Source: Schmidtea polychroa (lineage: Eukaryota). From it: 64,000 nucleotides of DNA. Location: NCBI GenBank assembly GCA_044892525.1, contig CM097885.1, positions 107,136,001 through 107,200,000 on the forward strand. Direction: 5' to 3'. The translations under genes were made by a program, and so were the position numbers. The notes below the pieces were generated by a model, which saw only the letters and a program-made list of their open reading frames with translations, was not told the origin of the DNA and did not search any database. Positions 57,267 through 64,000 of the stretch are shown one piece after another (positions within the stretch are counted from its first letter, which is position 1; each line of letters opens with the position of its first letter).

Positions 57267-58399
57267 TAATTGGTTTGTTGATGTTTTTTTTTATTGCTTG
57301 TTGTGTTACAAAAAATGAGTTTGTTCAAGGATATGGCTTACTGTGTTCAGCCAAAAGAGTCACTATCCTTTATACTTCTATAATAAGTATGCTGAAAGGC
57401 GTAGTGATTGAAAAAAATTGTCGAATGCGAGTGTCGTGTTGTGTATATTTTTTCTTCTGACACCAGTTGTTATGGAGGTTATAGTTGTTATTATAGTTAA
57501 TAAATTATTGTTTTTATTGTTATTATTGTTAATTATGTTATTTTGGAGGAGAATTTGAAGAGCCCGAAAGAGTCACCGTTAAAACTTGTAGCGGGACAAT
57601 CGGGGTGCGTGTTATGTTCAAAATATAAGATTTACAAACAATATAAAGTTATAGATATAATGCAAAACAATAATAAATGTTACAACTTTTAAAATTTATT
57701 ACAACAAAGAAATAAAACCTCGTATCTATCTTGGATGTTCGTGAAATATACTTCCAAATATTTTCTTTGATTTTCTTTCTGTACAATAAACTCTACTTAA
57801 AAGTCTTTGGTAAAGAAATGAATTTTCAGTTCTCAAAACTAATACAAATTATCGTTTCCATATTCTATTCGTCATTGATTTTTTTAATTTTCAATTTTTT
57901 TTTTAACTATAGCGATAATTTACTATAGTAAATTATCGCTATATAGTTTATTTTTAAAAATCTGGATTTCCCAGATGGTAATATTTTATATTTTAGTATA
58001 CACAATTCCTAATTGTGAATACTAAAATATTAACAAAAATAACTGTACATTACAGTCTTCTTTAGCCAAAAACCTTTTTTGCTAGTACCTTTCAAACATT
58101 CTGGCCACATTCCTTTAAGACTACGCTGCTCGTTATTTTTGAACTAACATTGATTATTGCTATGAACTGGACTAGGGCTCCTTCGAATATTATTTTTAAA
58201 CCAGCATTGATTTACACGATGGCTCATTTTCTGGCAATGACTACAATGACTACATTGAAGTGGTCTTTCTATTTCCTCATTTGAGCTGGCTGTTGACTTT
58301 CTTGGTTCAAATTTCACTCTGAACTTGGAGATGGGCTGGTTGACCTTTGGAGTAAGATATCACTGACTGCAGTTATTGATCTCTCTCTCTCTCTCTCTT

Positions 58400-60250
58400 T
58401 CGGTTCACTGATAGTCGCAAAGGATTCAGCCTTTGACCGAGTCACTTTGAGGTTCATTATGATTCTCATGGCCCTTTCTAATCAAGTCATCAAAATTAGT
58501 AAAGTCAACAAAACACAAAGCCTTTTTGATTTCTTTCTTGACTCCTGTAAAAAATTGATCCTGCAGTAATTTTTTAACTTGCTTTGGCACTTCTCTTTAT
58601 CTGATTTCATTTGAAACGCTTTCTCTGCAAGAGTAGTTAAATGATATGCAAACTCACTTATCGATTCATCTGACCTTTGCACTCGACTGTAAAACTTATG
58701 ACCATCATTCTCTTTATATCTCCTCCAATCAACTTGGCTGCTAGCGCATCTTTCAATTTTGTCCAATCATTTGCTATGGGTCGTCTATTAATCTGTTTCC
58801 AGGCTTCTCGCGCTGCGCCTTTCAGATATAACGGTGGCCCTTGTACCATAGTTTTTTGACTCCATCCTTAAGTTGTAGCATACATGTAATAGTCTACCAT
58901 GAAGTCAACAAGTTCGACTGGATCTCCGCCGTACTGATCGACGGGTAATCTTTGACAGCTGGCATAGTCGTTTCCATTGTTCACTGGAGTAGCAGACACT
59001 GGGATTTGCTCATTGACATTTAAGCTGCTCGTCGCCATACTTTCTAATTGTTTTTTATTTATCAGATTGTAGAATTTCCCTTGGGAAACTTTTTTTTTAC
59101 AATTTTGAACTTTACTTTTTGTTTTAATTTTGAATTGATTTTCAATCGTAGTCTATAAATTCTCTCGTAACTTCTTACAACTTTATTTCAACAGCTTCTA
59201 AATCTAGCTAAATTTACTCTTTTATTTCAACTGCACAATTTATTCACTTTCTTTTTTTTTACTAAAACAGTTTATTTTCACTTTCCCTTATTTCAATATT
59301 CCAAAAATTCTCCAGAATATTTTTATTCAATTACTACTATTTATTTTTTTTTACTTTTCTCTTATTTCAACCACGACAATCTATTTCTTTTCTACTTTTC
59401 TGATTTAATTTTTCTTTAACAACGTTATCTTCAACTTTCTACCTCGACAATAATATTCAACTTTCAATTAATTTGTTTTAGACTTGGATCACGACAATAA
59501 TATTCAACTCTTAATCTATTTTACTTTTCTCTCCGACTTTGATCACGTCTGAATATTCAAATGCTTTAATAAATCTTCCCCAATATTCACCGCCGACTTG
59601 GATCATGTCGGGTTCACCAAAATGTTGGGTTTTATTTTTCAAGTCAGTTTCCTCTGACTTCGTGTTCTTATTTAAAAAAATAAATCATAACTCAACACAG
59701 AATAACTTTATTCAATTTCAATCAAATTACAATTTTTCACTATATTTGCACCTCGCTCAATATAAATATTACTCGCTAAGGGAGATAACCCAAGGGGTAA
59801 TCACCTTTTCTGGTACAAGAATTAAATTTTTTTTCATTTACTATGTTTCGTTCTCCGATCACTGATCGCCTGATTCTCTAAGCTTTTCTTTGTTTCTTTA
59901 ACCAACTGGCGGCTTGTCTCTCTTTTTATACTGTTTCTGAGAGGGAAATAATCTAGGGCATTGCAATTAATTATCTCCCAGGAATACTAGGGTTTTCAAA
60001 TTATTTCAAATTTTTTTTTCTAGATTGGCTCTCGGAATATTCCCTCTCTTATCTGATCGACCAGGTCTCACTGCTCTTCGAGTTTCCTTCAGCGCTCGGG
60101 TTTTACATGGGCTCGGGTTTCCCATAGGTTCAGGCTTTCCATTACAGATTAATTAATTTTAATTAATTTGTTTTTACGCATTAACTTTCTCTGTGAACCC
60201 CTTATTAAATTTTCATTATAATTTTTGAACTCGTCTATCAATTTGGTGCT
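58400..60250 (-). mobile_element. Decayed LTR retroelement 5' part (LTR, tRNA-Trp-like PBS, gag remnant)
   Basis: LTR end at 59623, PBS TGGTGAACCCGACATGATCC (59600-59619) close to the tRNA-Trp complement, and gag-like PLYLKGAAREAWKQI...DWTKLKDAL. Right boundary approximate. Confidence 0.7.
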
Positions 60251-60380
60251 CAACCATGTCTGATATATCCCCGTTCAATATTGATTTTTAATTTTTAGTA
60301 AGGTTAAATTAATTTTCCATTTTTATTGATTTTACCAATATATGTTATGCCTTCATTTTATACATAATTTTTTTTGGTTT

Positions 60381-60550
60381 NNNNNNNNNNNNNNNNNNNN
60401 NNNNNNNNNNNNNNNNNNNNNNNNNNNNNNNNNNNNNNNNNNNNNNNNNNNNNNNNNNNNNNNNNNNNNNNNNNNNNNNNNNNNNNNNNNNNNNNNNNNN
60501 NNNNNNNNNNNNNNNNNNNNNNNNNNNNNNNNNNNNNNNNNNNNNNNNNN
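60381..60550. other. Assembly gap (N run)
   Basis: 170 N. Confidence 1.
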
Positions 60551-61656
60551 CTAAATATTAAAATAAAGCAAAACACAAAAATATAATTATTTACCTGATT
60601 ATTTAAAAATGAATCATATTTATTAAAAGTACGATCATTTATATTATGAATTGGCATTTTTGAAGGAAATAATGTTGCTTCCAATAATTTCCCATGGACA
60701 TTTTCTTTGAAATTTTCTTGCCCCTTTGAACTAAGAGAAAAATATATATTTTATAGTTGCGAATATTTTCGAAGACAATATTTAATACTTTATGAAAAGT
60801 ATCTGATATAATCATATTGAAATAAATATTATATAAATAATTTAATGTAAAAGTAATGTAGACGAAATATTTAAAAAAAACGATTTTTCTAGAATTAAGT
60901 TATTAATGTGAATAAATAACTTTGTTTATTGTTCGTTAAATTAATTATAATTGAAAGGGTAGAATTCACGTTTAAGTTAAAACGGAACATTACTAATAAA
61001 CATTAGATTACAAACATTCAGATTACATAAATTTTTATATCAACATTTAAATTAATAAAGTAAAGTAGGTTTAAAATATAAAAATAAATAAAAATATATT
61101 AAATATTAAAATAAATTAAACCAGCATTGAAATCAACATCAAAATTAAAATAAAACCCTCGAAGATATTTGTTTGAATGTTACGAAAAAAACGCAGATTT
61201 TGTGAATAGAATAAATTTTAGTTAAGTAATTTTATTTTGGAAATTTTATTAATTGATTTTGTTGATATTGAAAATGAATTTGATGTAGTTGCGGCTAACA
61301 ATAATAATGTAATTAATACAACCAGTTTTTGTTAAATTCGAAATTCTATTTCAATATATCAAAGATAAATAAATAAATAACAAAATTTCATTTTATTTTT
61401 CATATAGAACATCCAATTATATTCAAAACTAAAATTCATAAATTTCCATTATTTCAACTTCCATATTTTTTATGTCTTTCTTGTTAATTATGATTTTAAT
61501 TATGATTTTATGATTTATGATTTTTCCATTAAATAAATAAATATATTTTCTGGCTTTATATTTAAGTTATCCAATAAGTCTATATAATTGTATTGCAAAT
61601 TTCTTTATTATTTTCTCTACAGATTTTATTATATCCCAGGTACTCTATCGAACAAG

Positions 61657-61673
61657 AATTATTATTATTATTA

Positions 61674-61712
<39 letters not shown>
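61657..61712. repeat. (ATT)n microsatellite
   Basis: Visible tandem ATT run; edges approximate. Confidence 0.9.
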
Positions 61713-61714
<2 letters not shown>

Positions 61715-62854
61715 AATTATAAAATAAAAGTTGCAATGAATTAATTATTAGAATGCGCCATTCAGACACACGTTTCAAGATATATTTCAACAATTTTATA
61801 ATTTGTTTATTAAATCTATAATATCTACAGTTTTTTCTATGATTACAGGAAAATTGTCGAAATATATCACGAAAGTAGTGTTTGAGTGATGCTTTCTAAT
61901 AATAATTATTAGGGTTACATAGAAATTTAAAAATAAATTGGAAATGGAAATTGCTAGAAAGTCATTAGAAGCTAATTAAATATTCTAAAAAAAATATATA
62001 AATAATTTGTCTCTGGCAAAAAAGATAATCCGTGGAAGATTAAAAGTTGAAGATGAATAAAATAATAAAATAATATAGGTCCCTTGAAGGGTCCATAACA
62101 AAAAAAAACTAACTAATTAATTAGTTAATTCAACTAATTTATTATTCAATGGAAACCTGTAAATTATTGGGAAGATCTTGAAGTTGACAAGTTAATTAGT
62201 GGCCTAAACCATTTTATAGGGAATCGATCCCATAATTACTTGTTTGTCCCGAAAAGTAAACGTGACGGGCTAATTAACTACGAAAAATAATGACAACCCG
62301 TTATATAAATAGGAACAGTAAGTGAAAAAATTGACAACTTTTGGTGAGAAGAATGAGAAGGCTTATTAAACCAATAACTAACCATCATATTGCGCATTCA
62401 TCTCAAAGGTAAAATTAGTATTTTATTTTATTTTTGTTTTCATTTATTTTCTAAAAAAAATAAATTAAAAATTAAAATTAGACGAGAATATAAATTTTTG
62501 CAATATCAATTCATTATTTGTCGATACTAGGCTTTTCTTTTTATGTATCTATACCATAACTTCCAATTTACCAATTAGAGTTGATTTCTTATATTTATTA
62601 ACTATATTTATTTCGTTAACTTCCAGTATTTATTTACGTTACTTATTTTTATATCATTTATTTATCATCTAGCATTTTAAAAAAGAAATGAAATTTAAAA
62701 ATCATGTGTCCTTTATTCAATCATTATGGACATATTTTTAAGGAATCATTCATTGACATTCCAATCTTCTTAATTAAATATTTTTGCTTATAAAAAATAA
62801 TGTGCTGATCACAACTCTGAATTATATTGAAATACCATATTATTATAAAAATAT

Positions 62855-63662
62855 TGTTGGGTACTTTGTGCAAGTCTCTGCTTGACTCCTTGGTGTCCTT
62901 TTATTAATCAAATCGAACAACCCAATACAATAATATTTATTCGAAAGGATCACAATTACACTTTTCCTTTATTACACATTTTAATGAAGCAATCTACGTG
63001 TACACAACTTTAAATAACTCTTTACTCTGCACACTTTTCAATGCTAACCTGAATTTTTCGCAGAAATAAATCTTCAGACGGGAAATGTTCCCTTCTGGCA
63101 CGCTAGATTCAAAATGATTTGGTTAGAACTAAGTTAAATTCACGTTTACTTCACTTCACTGTAATCGCCCTTTTCTTTCTTCGAGCAACTGGTAATTCTG
63201 TTTACTTGTGGATGGCTTTTATATCTGTCTAGCAATTATATTATCTCCTCATCAAATCATTTTTGATACTTTTTCTGGGCTTCCTCTTGCCGACCTAATT
63301 GGCCTGGGCAATTTATTTATTTTTTGATAAACTACCCAATTTAATTACTCATCGGCTAATTCGATTGCCTCTACCTAATTAGATTGACCACTCGGGTTTT
63401 CGATTAGCTAATTATTTTTTTAATTAAATTTGAATTTTTGTGATTATTTCCTTCTAGGGATCTCCATTAACTTTATTTTTATTATACTTGAAATCGTCTA
63501 ATTGTTGGACATCCTCCAATAATACCAGTGTCCCACGAAAAATATTCACTTTTTATTTTTCAAGTTTTTAATTAATATTTTTGTACTTTAAATTATTACA
63601 GTGAATTTGATGTTTTTATTGATTTTCACCTCGTTTTGTGCCTCTCTCATCGAACCCCAACA
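62855..63662. mobile_element. Solo LTR (808 bp)
   Basis: Starts TGTTGGG, ends CCCCAACA, flanked by 4-bp TSD ATAT; contains the CTCGGGTTTT motif shared with other LTR-like pieces. Confidence 0.75.
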
Positions 63663-63833
63663 ATATTTTATATTAAAAATTTTATTATATAAAGATTTAA
63701 AAGTCGAATTATATAAATGAAACATATTTTAGTAAGGTATTGTGTGGACCCGGGAACAAAGACATATGACGTCATCGATGACGTCACAAAGACATATGAC
63801 GTCATACCCCCACCCCCGGGGGAGGGGGGATTT

Positions 63834-63967
63834 NNNNNNNNNNNNNNNNNNNNNNNNNNNNNNNNNNNNNNNNNNNNNNNNNNNNNNNNNNNNNNNNNNN
63901 NNNNNNNNNNNNNNNNNNNNNNNNNNNNNNNNNNNNNNNNNNNNNNNNNNNNNNNNNNNNNNNNNNN
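63834..63967. other. Assembly gap (N run)
   Basis: 134 N. Confidence 1.
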
Positions 63968-64000
63968 TTACGTTGCGGTATTTTAAAAACTTATTGATAA

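Larger units (their letters stand above)
52574..58054 (-). mobile_element. Ty3/Gypsy LTR retrotransposon with intact gag and pol and a truncated 3' LTR
   Basis: 5' LTR 57587-58054 (TG...CA), gag, pol, polypurine tract AAAAGGGGAAGTTA (about 52708-52721), then 134 bp (52574-52707) matching 57921-58054. Confidence 0.93.

Noticed and set aside
60342-60684. ORFs containing X runs (also 63717..63986)
   Set aside because: Artefacts of translating through N gaps.

Overview
AT-rich eukaryotic (animal) genomic window. The intronless kinase, spliced exons and transposon mix would fit a flatworm such as a planarian, but that is inference. The centrepiece is an apparently intact 14,999-bp Polinton/Maverick (adintovirus-like endogenous dsDNA virus) at 37333-52331. 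It has 333-bp TIRs starting AGTAGT, a perfect 6-bp TSD (ACCATG), and open ORFs for major capsid, integrase, packaging ATPase, adenain-like protease, minor capsid, a fibre-like protein and protein-primed PolB. Four features of this element stand out: (i) three tandem tRNA-like Pol III cassettes (A box, B box, T-run) plus further hairpins in the 1.2-kb non-coding arm, analogous to adenoviral VA RNAs; (ii) a parvovirus-type PLA2 domain fused in frame to the integrase; (iii) a separate, codon-diverged copy of the PolB C-terminus; (iv) TIRs that each contain an inverted copy of their own 24-bp terminus. The rest of the window holds an intronless SNRK kinase gene, an orphan type I membrane protein, exons of an unidentified minus-strand gene, one intact and several decayed Gypsy-type LTR elements (including an env-like remnant), Tigger/pogo and hAT MITEs, a 485-bp fold-back and two assembly gaps. 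All calls rest on motif recognition by eye; no searches were run.
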